From contig CAVVOP010000008.1 in the NCBI GenBank assembly GCA_963749915.1, positions 800,001 to 864,000 of the forward strand: a DNA stretch of 64,000 nucleotides, written 5' to 3'. The position numbers and the translations under genes were made by a program. Source of the stretch: an uncultured cyanobacterium. Lineage in GTDB: Bacteria > Cyanobacteriota > Cyanobacteriia > Cyanobacteriales > Cyanobacteriaceae. Under the pieces are notes generated by a model. That model was not told the DNA's origin. It worked only from the letters and a program-made list of their open reading frames with translations, and made no database searches. How positions within the stretch are numbered: position 1 is the stretch's first letter; every line of letters starts with the position of its first letter. Positions 1 through 11,600 of this stretch are shown here, piece after piece.

Positions 1-1314
1 GATAATCCAATTTTTCTCCCCTTGATGACTAATCATTGTTTTTGCCCCTTTTAGTAAAATTGTACTATTGGTTCTGCGAGCGGCTTGCTGTAATGTTCTG
101 AAACGATCTGTTGTTAAATCTAAATCGGGAAATAAACGTTTAAATTCGCCTTCATGGGGAGTTAAAATTGTGGGGGATTTACGCTGGGATAAAATATCCC
201 AAAATTTCTTTTCTAATAAGTAATTAAAGCCATCAGCATCAAGAATTAACCTTGTTTCTGTGTTTAATATTTTCTCGAAAAAGTCTGTCGTTAAAGATAG
301 ATTTTTTTGAGAAATACCCATGCCAAAAACAATGGTGTCATACTTATTTAAAGACAACATATCCCCAGAAACGATGGCACCTGTACCCCTTTCGGGTAGG
401 CCAATGACTAAAGCAAAGGGAAAATGGTTAAGAATAAGGCTTTTGAGAGATTCTGGCACCCCTAGGGTTAACATACCCACACCACTACTTTTTGCCCCAT
501 ATCCTGCTAATAAAGCCGCTCCGGCATATTCTTGAGAACCACAAATTAAGAGTAAATTACCCTGTTTATATTTATAGGTATTGATAGCACGGGGTAAGGG
601 TAAAGTAGCCTTTACTTTGTGTGCTGTCATCAGTTTTACCGTAGGAGATTTATTAATTGTTTCTATAACTAAATCATGGGGAATACCTAGATCAATTCTT
701 TCTATTTTACCGCTATATTCCCAGGCTGGGGGTTGGAATAAGCCTAATTTCCACAACCCTAAACAGAGAGTGTGAGTGGCTTTTATTGCTATTCCTAAAA
801 CTGCCCCCGTATCGGTATGTATTCCCGAAGGCAAATCAATGCTAATTATCGGTTTTTTCCACTTATTAACAGAGAGAATATCATTGGCTAACGGATCATT
901 AATATTGCGATTCAAACCAAAACCAAAGAGACAATCAATAATTAAATCACAATATTTTAAGTCGTTAATATCAGTAATAAAATCAATCCCTAAAAATTTA
1001 GCATATTGTAAATGTTGAGCCGTTAAAGTCTTAGATTTATCAGCTAAAGGAGTGTATAACTTAACTTGATAACCCTTTAAAAATAATTCCCTCCCAATGA
1101 CTAAACCATCACCACCATTATGACCACTTCCGATAATAAATCCGACTTTTTTATAGTTATTTAAAGGATAATCTTGATTGATTTTCTGAGTGCAAAATAT
1201 AGCTGCTTTTTCCATTAAACTGGCTACAGGCATCCCTTCAGCAAATATTTTTTGCTCTATTTTCTGCATTTGCTCAATCGTAACAATTATTTGTTTTAGA
1301 TCATCAGTATTCAT
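1..1314 (-). CDS. nnr: Bifunctional NAD(P)H-hydrate epimerase/dehydratase (YjeF/Nnr), 3' end beyond window
   Basis: Not in the ORF track because it runs off the edge. Manual minus-strand translation from ATG at 1314 gives MNTDDLKQIIVTIEQMQKIEQKIFAEGMPVASLMEKAA...GSGHNGGDGL...IDLPSG...TPHEGEF, which are YjeF_N and carbohydrate-kinase-like motifs. Confidence 0.9.
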   Translation of the reverse strand, partial: MNTDDLKQIIVTIEQMQKIEQKIFAEGMPVASLMEKAAIFCTQKINQDYPLNNYKKVGFIIGSGHNGGDGLVIGRELFLKGYQVKLYTPLADKSKTLTAQHLQYAKFLGIDFITDINDLKYCDLIIDCLFGFGLNRNINDPLANDILSVNKWKKPIISIDLPSGIHTDTGAVLGIAIKATHTLCLGLWKLGLFQPPAWEYSGKIERIDLGIPHDLVIETINKSPTVKLMTAHKVKATLPLPRAINTYKYKQGNLLLICGSQEYAGAALLAGYGAKSSGVGMLTLGVPESLKSLILNHFPFALVIGLPERGTGAIVSGDMLSLNKYDTIVFGMGISQKNLSLTTDFFEKILNTETRLILDADGFNYLLEKKFWDILSQRKSPTILTPHEGEFKRLFPDLDLTTDRFRTLQQAARRTNSTILLKGAKTMISHQGEKNWII

Positions 1315-1669
1315 AACTTTATATATAAAGTATCTTCATCATATCACGGTCAAGAAAAGCGAGCTTTTGAAGAAAGCCTTTCCAAAACCCTTGGAACCCA
1401 CGTTCGGCATATTCTAAGAAATTACGAGGCTAAACATAAAAATAACATTGTTTAGGTATGTAAAGGTTTTAGGCTGCTCGTCACCCCTTCAGCAAAAAAA
1501 CTCTTATTATTTTCGAGGACTGAGAGCTATATCGCTTATTCAGTCAGCCTTATGACTGGTTTGTCGCCCCCACAGGTATCAGGGCTAAAAACTTCGAAAG
1601 CCTTGCTATCAAAGTACTTGTAGTCTGCAAGGCTTGTAAATTCTATTCTCGGAAATCAACATAAAAGCA

Positions 1670-1742
1670 TACCCCCAAGGGAATTCGAATCCCTGTCGCC
1701 TCCGTGAAAGGGAGGTGTCCTAGGCCTCTAGACGATGGGGGC
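1670..1742 (-). tRNA. trnE: tRNA-Glu (UUC)
   Basis: Reverse complement GCCCCCATCGTCTAGAGGCCTAGGACACCTCCCTTTCACGGAGGCGACAGGGATTCGAATTCCCTTGGGGGTA folds as a cloverleaf with anticodon TTC. Confidence 0.97.
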
Positions 1743-1916
1743 TTAGGTTTGTGATTTTTTAGAGATTTCATTTTCTCTGATTCGACGCACGTTTATTAAT
1801 ATAACCAATATTTTAATCAGTGTCAACTATTTTGCAGATTTTTCGATCACCTCAATTCTTAAAATCAATGAACAATTAATAATTTTTAAAAAGTAGCATT
1901 TTGAATTCCTTTTCTA

Positions 1917-4900
1917 TTATAGGGTTACGGGAGATTTTTGTTCTATTAAAGCTCTGATAGACTGTAAGAACTTTTGCTCAATATAGGGTTTGGTAAAATA
2001 GGCATTTGCTCCTAAATGGGTGGCTAGTTTTCGGTGTTTATCGTTACTGCGCGAGGTTAACATGGCCACGGGGATTTTATTCAATTCAGGATAGCGTCTT
2101 CTTTGCCCTAAAAATTCAAATCCGTTCATGTTAGGCATTTCAATATCACAAATTATTAAGCTCACATTAGAACTTTGTTGTAGTTGTTCGATCGCTTCTT
2201 TACCGTCTTTAGCTTGGAGGACCCGATACCCGGATTTTTCTAAGGAAAGAGCTAAGGTTCGCCTCATAGCCGCACTATCATCTACCACTAACACAGAAGC
2301 GGCTTGAAAAGCATTGACTGGTTTGTTATCAGTTTTATCAACATTTATGCCACTAAAACCTCTAGGTCTTAAGGTTGTTTTTGGTTGACTAGCTTCTAAG
2401 AAGTTAGCTAATAAAGTAACAGTGTTGATGACGGGAATTAATGTACCATCCCCTAAAATTGTACAACCATAGGTATAACTAGGGGCAGTCAAGGCACTGC
2501 CAAAGGGTTTAATTACTAATTCTTGCTCACTGACAAGATTATCTACTTCAATGGCGAATAATTCCTGCCCTAAACGCATTAATAGTAAGGGATTACCCCA
2601 TTCTTCGGGGGTAGGTAAAACTTCTAAGGCGAGACTAGTAACACGATTGTTTGATAAATAACAACGATATTTCAGTAAGTCGGTCATGGAATAAATCGGG
2701 ATAACCTTATTTTCGTAGTGCAAGAATCGCTTATTTGCTGATGTTTTTAATTGATGTTCTTCTGGTACAATAATTTCTTCGATATTATCCGAAGGTAAGG
2801 CATAAAAATGATTCTCGGCAGATAACACTAACAGTTTGTCGATGGTTAGGGTTAGGGGTAAACGTAGTATAAATGTTGTACCTAGTCCAGGTTCAGAATC
2901 TACTGATATTGTACCTTTTAGGGATCGTAATTGAGAACGGACAATGTCTAAACCGACACCGCGTCCAGAAATTTCGGTAACGGCGGCAGCAGTAGAAAAT
3001 CCGGGTTCAAAAATAAGATTAAATAAGTTCTCTTTAGTTGTCACCGCTAATTGTTCAGGGGTTAACAGTTGACGCTCAACAGCCTTTTGTCCTATTCTAT
3101 GGAGGTTTAAACCGCCGCCATCGTCTTTGATTTCGATAATAGTTTGATTCCCTTGGTGATAGGCTTTTACTTCAATAATCCCCGTTTCTGGTTTGCCTCG
3201 TTGCTTACGAATTTCTGGAGTTTCAATACCATGATCAAAACCGTTGCGGATCAAATGCACAAGGGGATCATATAATTTTTCTAAGGCAGCTTTATCTACC
3301 AATACATTTGTGCCACTTAACTTCAAGTTAACTTTTTTATGATATTTTACCGATAAATCCCGAAGAACACGGGGAAAACGGTTTAAAACTTCCCCTAAAG
3401 GCAGCATTCTTGCCCACATTAATTCATCTCGCAGACGGTTTAACATCTGACGCTGATTTTCGACAGTTTGCCCCGATTGCCCTGCGAATAAGGCTATATC
3501 GTCCACTGCCTCCTCCAATTGAATCATCTGCTCAATTAACCCTTGAACAACATAGTACATATTGTCATAACTATCCATTTCGAGGGAATCAAAAGCAGAG
3601 GCTAAGTTAAATTCCCCCTCTTCACCCATGGAGAAGGGTAAACTAGAGAACTGATTCTTTTTGCCATTACGAGTACGGAATTTATCGGGAGAAGCTACCA
3701 TTTTATCGGATAAGTCCCGTAAATTATTTGCCATTTGTTGAAAACGCATAAATCTTTCCAATAACTCTTTAACGGAAGTTTGTAGTTTATCGTTTTGCAG
3801 GGACAACCCGTTACGGTTAATGGATAACTCCCCGATTAAGTTATTCATTCTTTCGAGACGCTCTAAGTCAACCCTTACAGTTAAATTACTTTTCGTAGGT
3901 GCACTAGTAAGTTTTACTTCCGGTTGAGGTTTTTCTGATACTTTTTGACCCTTGTTCTTGAAGCTACCGCCGATTTCCTCTGAGGTTTTTAATCCTGGTA
4001 ATTTCGGGAAGACATCGCCAATAGATTTAATTACTTCATCGATATTCTCAAGGGCGTTTATTTGTTCTTCTTCTTCTAAGAAAGTTGTGACTGATGAGAT
4101 CTGATTTTGTACACTGAGTAAATCTCCCAAAGATGGTGCGACCTCCTCCATATCCCCATTTAATGGCAAGGATTCTAACTCAAACACTGATTCTAAAGAG
4201 GGGGTAGATTCTGTCCCTTCTTTTTCCTCTTGTTCTCCAACTTGATCAATTACCGGAATATCAACATTAGAAAAAATTTCACTCAGAGAAGGGGAAACAA
4301 TATTCTCTTGTTCTTCTCCCCTGGCATCGATCACTGAGGTATCCATATTGGAGAATATTTCACTTACAGAAGGAATAGTTTGGTTTTTATCCTCTTCTAA
4401 GGCCAACTCAGAGGCTTTGGCTAAAAGTTCGATTTCTTCTCCACTAAATTCAGAAGCAAAAATATCTTCAAGAGAGGGTATATTCTCATCTTCTTCGTCT
4501 TCCTGTATGGCTTGATGGATAGCCTCAATTTGATCATCATCATTAACGTTAAAGTTAAATACCTCTTCTAAGGAGGGATTATTCGTTTTTGTTTCTCCAT
4601 CCTCGGGAACCATGGTGAAAATTTCTTCAGTGGCGGATTGTAAGGCCCCAAATACATCCGTAAGAGATGGTCGATCCTCAAAATTGTTGTCTTCTCGTTC
4701 TTCTTGTTCTTCTTGTTCTGTGTCGAGTAGATAGTTTTCTTCCTCCTCGTCATCTTTGATGTAATTTTCGGCAAAACGTCTTAATTCTCGGCTAGATTGT
4801 CCTCCAGTTGTGCGCTCGCCTTTTAAGACCAAATCCCTTGCATTACCGGCATCTCGGATAATAATTTCAATGATTTTTGCGGCGTGAGTGGGATTTATGT

Positions 4901-7900
4901 CTATGGCAGTTAACCCTAATCTGGCAATTTCCGCAAAGCCGGGTAAGGCCAACATCTCCCCAAAACCCGAAAACACCTCTAAGGTAGCCCTTAATTCTCC
5001 TGCTAGGGGTTGAGAATGGGGATTTTTAAGGACATCTTTAAGGCGCTGTAATTCTTCTTGCACATCAACCTCAAATATTGATTGCACAATATCCACTCCT
5101 AAATCAAGAGAAGAGGGGATGTAGTCATCAACACGACTGAGGGCAGGTCCTAATTTACCATAAATTCTCGCCCAAATTTCATTGGCAGTAATTAATGCTT
5201 CTTCAGGGTTATAGCTTCCCGTTTCCATTTGTTGAGTTAAAGCGTTTCTTAAACAGTCAAAGGCTTCTAATAGCCAACCTTCGAGTTCTGTATCCAATTC
5301 TATGTCCGGATTGTATAATACTTTGAAAACATCTTCTAATTGGTGAGAAATTGTCTTAATTGCTTCTAGGCCTACACTAGCTGAACCACCTTTGAGAGAA
5401 TGGGCAGCTCTCATAATTTCGTGAATTTTTGCTGTGCTACGTTCTTGTCTGATGGTTAACAAACCATTTTCGATAATTTCTAGTAATTCTGGTGCTTCTT
5501 CCACAAAGAAACTATAAGATTGATCTGAAGTGTCTATAGATTCTTCTATATGCTCAATAACATAAGTGTGGGCAGGATTTTCCGTGATGGTTTCCCCTGC
5601 TAATGCCAATAACTCCTTACTGGGTTTACCCCCAGAATCTCCTTCACGAAGTGGTGTGCTGGGATCTGTTTCCATTACTTGTTGTTGGGCAATTTCTAAG
5701 TTATCGATGAAGGCTTGGGTGATAGCGGTAATTTGAGAAGGGTTGTTGTTCTTAAGGGCTTTAGCGGCGGTTTCACAAATGGCTACAAATCCGGGCAAAG
5801 CTAACATCTCTCCAAAACCTGAAAATACCTCAATTTGCATGGAAACTAAATCCTGCAATTCGGCTTCATTTCCTCGATTTAAGGCCGATTTTAAAGTATT
5901 AATCCCTTCTACCACGTCAACTTCAAAAATAGAGGTAGCAATATCAATACCTAAATCCCTGGAAGAAGGCAAAAATTCTTCAGATTTCGCAATTTCTTCG
6001 CCATATTTACCTTCAAATTCTGCCCAAAGTTCATTTGCCGATTCTAAGGCGAATTTTTCATCGAAACTTTGATCTTCCAGTCTCGCAATGAGGGGTTGAC
6101 GCAATAACTGGTAAATCTGACGAATATAAGCTTTTGTATCATCATCAAGAGGTATATTCTGGTTAAATAAAGCCTTTAAACTCTTTTCTACCTTTAAGGC
6201 AATGTTACCTAAATCCTCCAAACCTGCACTTCTGGCACCTCCTTTGAGGGAATGAGCTGCTCTTGCAATTTCGTTAACTTCGTTTATATCCCTGGTTGCT
6301 AAGGCGTTTTCTAAGCCGTCATCAATTATAGCGATCAAATCTACTGCTTCTTCGAGGAAAAAGAGATACACTTGAGCTTGTAATTCTTGTTGTTGATTTG
6401 AGGGACTCTCACTTTCTGCCTCAGTGTCCTCCTCTTCAAGGGTAAAGTTATCCATAAATGAGTCCAAATCCCCTGATTTAGCAAATTCTGAGGATATACT
6501 CCCTAAATCCCGCAAGTTTGGGGGATTTTCTCCTTGATTGGTCTCTGAATCGGAAGCTAGGGAGGCAAAATCCTTTAAATCTCCTTGATTCTCCCCAGAA
6601 TTAGGAGGTAAGGGGGCTGTATCAGGGGTTAGGGTCGAAAAACTGTCATATTGACCGATTAAATCCGCAAATTCAATGTTCTCTGCCCATTGTAGAGCAT
6701 TTTCCGAGGGGTTATTTCTTAAATCATGGGAGTTTTCTGAATCGTTAAATTGTTCTTCTAAGGGTGTTTCGCTATTAATTATTTCCTGATTTTTATATTC
6801 TTGTAATAATTCACCAAAGTCGAGGGTTGATTCCTGAAAATCGTCAACGCCCAATAATCCAGCTAATTCCTGAAGTTTACTTGAAGGTTGCCCCCCTTGA
6901 TCTCGCTGTCCTGATAATACTTGTTCTCTAGCTTCTATCAGATCGTCGATTAAATAGGTGGTAATTTGTTGAATGCGATGGGGATAATTTGTGATAGCTA
7001 AAGAAACTGTATCAGCAATGTTTTTTAACCCGACTAAATTTGTCATTTCGCTAAAACCGACTAATATTTCTAACTGTAAAGCCACATCGGTTTGTAATTC
7101 GATAATGGGCAAATTATTGAGACTTTCTTGAAGATGTTCAATAGTTTGTAAAACATCCACTTCAAATAAAGATTGCACTAAATCAATGCCTAAATCTGCC
7201 GAAGAGGGTAAATAATCATTTACTTGAATATGGCCTAATTTTTGCCCCAATTTGTCCCAGATAACTAATGCCTTTTCTTCCCATTCTGGTGGATAATTTC
7301 CGGTTTCTATTTGTTCAGAAAGGGCATTTTTTAAACAGTCCAATCCCTCTAATAAATAGGTTTCCAATTCATCATCAACGATGACACTATCATCAAATAA
7401 GGCTTTTAAATAGTCTTCTAATTTGTGGGCGATATTTTTAATACCTTCTAAGCCAACACTTGCCGCACCCCCTTTGAGAGAATGAGCAAATCGCATCATA
7501 TCATTAACTTTCGAGATACTTTTATCTTCTTTTACCGTCAGCAATCCACTTTCGAGATTGTGTAGTAAATCTGGTACTTCAGCAATAAAGAATTGATAAC
7601 TGGGATCTTCCACATTCAAGGTAGCAACATAATTTTTTGTTAATTGTTTAATGGCATTAACTTCAATTTCTGCACTGGTATCTTGTGCTAAAGTCAGTAA
7701 CGCTGAACAAGGACTACCGCCCTCTGTCTGTCCGTGAAGCGTGTCTCTGTTCTCGCCCTGTAAGACAGATTCTTGACTTTTTTCCAAATCTCGAACTAGC
7801 AAACTAGCGATGGTAACCGCCTTATCAGAATGATTTTGTAAGGCTTGTTGAGTGATATTGATCAGTAGGGAAAAACCAGGTAAGTTGACGAATTCGGCTA

Positions 7901-8474
7901 ACCCCGTAAGAATATCGAGGGACTCTTGTAATTCTTGGGAGGGGTTAAAACTTTCAGGAGAAGCCGCTAAACCTTTTAAACGAAGAATTTCTTGGGCAAT
8001 ATCTACTTCAAAAATCGAGGCTACCATGTCAACGTCTAAGTCTTCGGAAGAAGGGAAATAATTTTCTACTTGTTCAAGGGCATTACCTAATTTTAATTCC
8101 AATTTTTCCCACACCTCATCCGCACGATTTTGTGCCTGTTGACGATGGAAATTACCCGTTTCCAACTGTTGCCCTAGGGGAATAGCTAAACTATCATAAC
8201 CGGCCAAAAAGAGATCTTCCAACTCAGTATCAATAACTAAATCTTCGTTATAAAGTGCCTTGAGATAATCCTCTAACCGATGGGCAATATTTTTGATCTC
8301 CTGCAAACCAACACTAGCCGAATACACCTTAATGGACCGTACCGATCGTATCATGGCATTAACAGTGGAAGTACTTTTATGCTCCCTTAAATTCAGTAAG
8401 CCGTTTTCGATTTCTTGTAACAGTTCTGGTACTTCGTCAACAAATAACTGGTAGGCTTGATTTAGTGGATTCAT
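1917..8474 (-). CDS. Hybrid CheA-like histidine kinase (PixL/TaxAY type): 4 Hpt-like repeats, dimerisation, HATPase, CheW and receiver domains
   Basis: Three AHSLKGG motifs plus one degenerate copy; DPLVHLIRNGFDHG, IKDDGGG and GRGVGLD kinase motifs; C-terminal receiver (VVDDS...ICDIEMP...KP). Confidence 0.93.
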   Translation of the reverse strand: MNPLNQAYQLFVDEVPELLQEIENGLLNLREHKSTSTVNAMIRSVRSIKVYSASVGLQEIKNIAHRLEDYLKALYNEDLVIDTELEDLFLAGYDSLAIPLGQQLETGNFHRQQAQNRADEVWEKLELKLGNALEQVENYFPSSEDLDVDMVASIFEVDIAQEILRLKGLAASPESFNPSQELQESLDILTGLAEFVNLPGFSLLINITQQALQNHSDKAVTIASLLVRDLEKSQESVLQGENRDTLHGQTEGGSPCSALLTLAQDTSAEIEVNAIKQLTKNYVATLNVEDPSYQFFIAEVPDLLHNLESGLLTVKEDKSISKVNDMMRFAHSLKGGAASVGLEGIKNIAHKLEDYLKALFDDSVIVDDELETYLLEGLDCLKNALSEQIETGNYPPEWEEKALVIWDKLGQKLGHIQVNDYLPSSADLGIDLVQSLFEVDVLQTIEHLQESLNNLPIIELQTDVALQLEILVGFSEMTNLVGLKNIADTVSLAITNYPHRIQQITTYLIDDLIEAREQVLSGQRDQGGQPSSKLQELAGLLGVDDFQESTLDFGELLQEYKNQEIINSETPLEEQFNDSENSHDLRNNPSENALQWAENIEFADLIGQYDSFSTLTPDTAPLPPNSGENQGDLKDFASLASDSETNQGENPPNLRDLGSISSEFAKSGDLDSFMDNFTLEEEDTEAESESPSNQQQELQAQVYLFFLEEAVDLIAIIDDGLENALATRDINEVNEIARAAHSLKGGARSAGLEDLGNIALKVEKSLKALFNQNIPLDDDTKAYIRQIYQLLRQPLIARLEDQSFDEKFALESANELWAEFEGKYGEEIAKSEEFLPSSRDLGIDIATSIFEVDVVEGINTLKSALNRGNEAELQDLVSMQIEVFSGFGEMLALPGFVAICETAAKALKNNNPSQITAITQAFIDNLEIAQQQVMETDPSTPLREGDSGGKPSKELLALAGETITENPAHTYVIEHIEESIDTSDQSYSFFVEEAPELLEIIENGLLTIRQERSTAKIHEIMRAAHSLKGGSASVGLEAIKTISHQLEDVFKVLYNPDIELDTELEGWLLEAFDCLRNALTQQMETGSYNPEEALITANEIWARIYGKLGPALSRVDDYIPSSLDLGVDIVQSIFEVDVQEELQRLKDVLKNPHSQPLAGELRATLEVFSGFGEMLALPGFAEIARLGLTAIDINPTHAAKIIEIIIRDAGNARDLVLKGERTTGGQSSRELRRFAENYIKDDEEEENYLLDTEQEEQEEREDNNFEDRPSLTDVFGALQSATEEIFTMVPEDGETKTNNPSLEEVFNFNVNDDDQIEAIHQAIQEDEEDENIPSLEDIFASEFSGEEIELLAKASELALEEDKNQTIPSVSEIFSNMDTSVIDARGEEQENIVSPSLSEIFSNVDIPVIDQVGEQEEKEGTESTPSLESVFELESLPLNGDMEEVAPSLGDLLSVQNQISSVTTFLEEEEQINALENIDEVIKSIGDVFPKLPGLKTSEEIGGSFKNKGQKVSEKPQPEVKLTSAPTKSNLTVRVDLERLERMNNLIGELSINRNGLSLQNDKLQTSVKELLERFMRFQQMANNLRDLSDKMVASPDKFRTRNGKKNQFSSLPFSMGEEGEFNLASAFDSLEMDSYDNMYYVVQGLIEQMIQLEEAVDDIALFAGQSGQTVENQRQMLNRLRDELMWARMLPLGEVLNRFPRVLRDLSVKYHKKVNLKLSGTNVLVDKAALEKLYDPLVHLIRNGFDHGIETPEIRKQRGKPETGIIEVKAYHQGNQTIIEIKDDGGGLNLHRIGQKAVERQLLTPEQLAVTTKENLFNLIFEPGFSTAAAVTEISGRGVGLDIVRSQLRSLKGTISVDSEPGLGTTFILRLPLTLTIDKLLVLSAENHFYALPSDNIEEIIVPEEHQLKTSANKRFLHYENKVIPIYSMTDLLKYRCYLSNNRVTSLALEVLPTPEEWGNPLLLMRLGQELFAIEVDNLVSEQELVIKPFGSALTAPSYTYGCTILGDGTLIPVINTVTLLANFLEASQPKTTLRPRGFSGINVDKTDNKPVNAFQAASVLVVDDSAAMRRTLALSLEKSGYRVLQAKDGKEAIEQLQQSSNVSLIICDIEMPNMNGFEFLGQRRRYPELNKIPVAMLTSRSNDKHRKLATHLGANAYFTKPYIEQKFLQSIRALIEQKSPVTL

Positions 8475-8605
8475 AGCAATTGATAGGATTTTTTGTCAAG
8501 GATTTTTTCTTGAGACTTCTTTCAGAAGTTAGGGAATAGGAAATAGGGGATATGTTATGAAGTCGCCAAAGTTGTGGATTTAGGAACTTTTAAGTGTTCA
8601 TTGTT

Positions 8606-11600
8606 TTAACCTACTTTAAACCGGGAAATGTTTGACTCTAGTTTTCGGGCTACTTCTTGTAATTCTACAAAAGAATCCGATAATTGAGTTACAGAAATGG
8701 TGGTTTTTTCTGCGACTCTGGCTACACTACTCATTTTCAATGTGACCCCCTCGGAATTCTTTGACTGTTCAAAAGCAGCGGCGGCGATGGCCTCTACTAA
8801 TTCGTTAATTTGGGTGGTAGCGGCGGCAATCTGGTTTAAACTTTGGCGGGTTTCTTCTACCTGTTTACTCCCTTCGACTACCTGTTCACTACCTTCCTCC
8901 ATTGCCGTAACCACAACTTTAGTTTTACTGAGAATCTCATTAACCAGTTTATCAATGTCCGCAGTTGCTTGGGCTGATTGGGTCGCTAAAGCCCTTACTT
9001 CTTCAGCAATTACGGCGAAACCCAGTCCTTGTTCCCCCGCCCGTGCCGCTTCAATGGAAGCTTTTAATGCCAATAGGTGAGTTTGGGCAGCAAATCGTCC
9101 AATAAGTCCGACTACTGTTGAAATATTTTGAGTAGTATCTCCTAATTTTTTCACCTGTTCGGCGGCTTGTTCTACAGTAGAGCGAATTTCAATAATAGAT
9201 CTCACCGTACGATTCATCGCGGAGTCGCCTATTTCCACACTTTCTCGTGCTTGTTGTAGGGCTTCTTCTGCTTGTTCAGCACTTTCAGCCACTAAGTTAC
9301 TAGAACGACTCATTTGATTGATAGTTTCTAAGGCTTCGGAGATGTTTTCCACCTGTTCTTCCATCTCCTGACGCAGGATTCTGACATCATTTTCGTTAGT
9401 GGTGGTAGTTTGAGCTACTTCCAAAGTCGCCTTTTGTACCTGAGAGACAATTTTTCTTAAACTTTCAATGGTGGCATTATAAGAGTCAGCGATGGTCCCA
9501 ATTTCATCTTCCGTTACCGAGGCACGAATGGTTAAGTCACCCTGAGAAACGGGATCAACTTCCATCAGTAAGTTTAAGGCCCGTCTTTGTAATAATTCTT
9601 TACCTTCTCTTTGTTCTTTTTCGGAATTCAACTGTAATTCAATAAGTTTTACCCGTTCCAAACTTAAACCTACCTGGGTGGATAATTGGCCGAATAACTC
9701 TATTTCCCGGTCCTCCCAGTCACGCACATCGGAACATTGATGACAGATCAACAAACCGATTAATTTACGGTTGACCAGAATGGGTGCAACCAAATTTGCT
9801 CTGACGGCAAAAGGTTCTAATTGTCTGAGGTGACAATCTGTTAAACCTGCTTGGTAAACATCGGCGGTGGCTTGAACTCTACCCTGTTGATATTTTTCCA
9901 CATATTCATCAGCAAAACAAGGATCAGCAATGGTGGCGCCTAATGCAGTTGGAAAATTTAAACCCACAGATTCAGCGGTAATCGTACCTTGCCAATTTTC
10001 GTCAAATTCATAGATGATGGTACGATCAGTCTTTAAAGCCGAACGAATTTGACTGACCGCGGTATCTAATACTTGATTCCGGTTTAAACTCGAGGCTAAA
10101 GCAAGGGTGATTTCTTTGAGTTGTTCCGCCCTGTTGATGGCGGCCATTTGATTCTTAAGGATATTCACCCTGTCTAAAATAACCCCAAATCGTAGGGAAA
10201 TTTGGCCCAAAAAGGAGATTTCTCTTTCTTCCCATAGATGATGTTGTCGGCAATGGTGGGCGATCAATAATGCAAATAATTGTCCTTGACTAACAATAGG
10301 TACAACTAGATTAGACTTGATTTTTAAACGGTGCATTAAGGCTTCGTGTTCAGGGGCAAATCCTGCGGTATAGACATTTTCTGTGGGTACAACTCTACCG
10401 TTAATATAAGCCTGTCTTAATTCAAAAGGGATACAAGGATCATTAATATTTTCAGTAAGGGCACTAGGTAAATCTAAATCTCCTGCTTCGTTACTTATGT
10501 AACCACTAGCATCGGGTTTGAAACGATAGATAACGAGACGATCGACTTCCAAAATTTCTTTAGCTTTAGGTAAAGCTCGATCGAATACTTTATTCACGTC
10601 ATCTTCGTTAAGGGTAGTCGAACTAGTAATTTCTTGGAAAAGACTAAGTTTATTAGAGTCTAACATCAAAATAGATTCGTTTTGTTCAATGTTATCTGCT
10701 AAGTAGTTGAAAGTGTTGGCCAGTTTTCCGATTTCATCTTTGCCAATAATATCTGCCCGAAGACGATGATTGCCTTCGGCAAATTTTTCCGCCGTTACCT
10801 GTAAAGACTCAATGGGTTTTGCGATCGCCCGTCCTAAAATCACAATCAACAAGACGTTAAAAATTAACACCCCTACGGCAATTTGTCCTTGTGCGCCCAA
10901 ACTACTAGAAATAATTTGGTTAAGGATAGTTTCTCCTGTGCCCCTTACTAATACTCCTACGGGCTGCCCGTTAAAGTTTTTCAGGATTCCAGCTGTAAAA
11001 GTATAAGTTGTTTCCCCTACCTGATCTCGAAGGGAAACAATATCATCGAGATTTTTTAAGGCCAGGGTGAGCAATTTTTCAGTGGCAATGGTTTGTCCTT
11101 TAGCGGTTTCGTTTTCCGTTAAAGAACTAGCCACATCAAATTTTTGGTCTTCAGTAATTTTATAAATACCACTATATCCTCCACTAAACTCTCTAATAGT
11201 GTCTTCCACAATAGAAAATTTACCGTCAACCACATCTCCTGAGACTAATACTCCAATTACTTGGGTTGTCCCCGGACGAAATACAGGGGTAAAAGTATAA
11301 CGGACTAATAAATCTTGATTTTGCGGCAAACTGGCTAATACTGGTGGCGATTCCTTCACTAAATCTTGCCAAGGAAGGATTTCGGTGGTTTTTATTTGTT
11401 GGGGATTATTAATAACTTTTTGGACTAAACCGTTGGGGTTAAAAACTTGTCCGGTGCGATCGCTATTAGCATTAACAATGATTTTTTGATCTCTACCGAC
11501 TAAAGTGGCGTATTCAATATTTCTCGCTTTAATTTCATTTTGGAGAATTCGTCTAAGGATTCCCCGTTGTTGTGGAGTTAAAGCACCGCCATTAACCTTA

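Noticed and set aside
320..1417. Plus-strand short ORFs
   Set aside because: They are antisense shadows of nnr. The same applies to the many short antisense ORFs inside cheA, the MCPs, pst, wza, clpC and secA.
1330..1669. Integrative element at tRNA-Glu (also checked at tRNA-Lys)
   Set aside because: No integrase and no duplicated tRNA 3' end were found; only a hairpin (AAGCCTTGC...GCAAGGCTT) and repeat debris.
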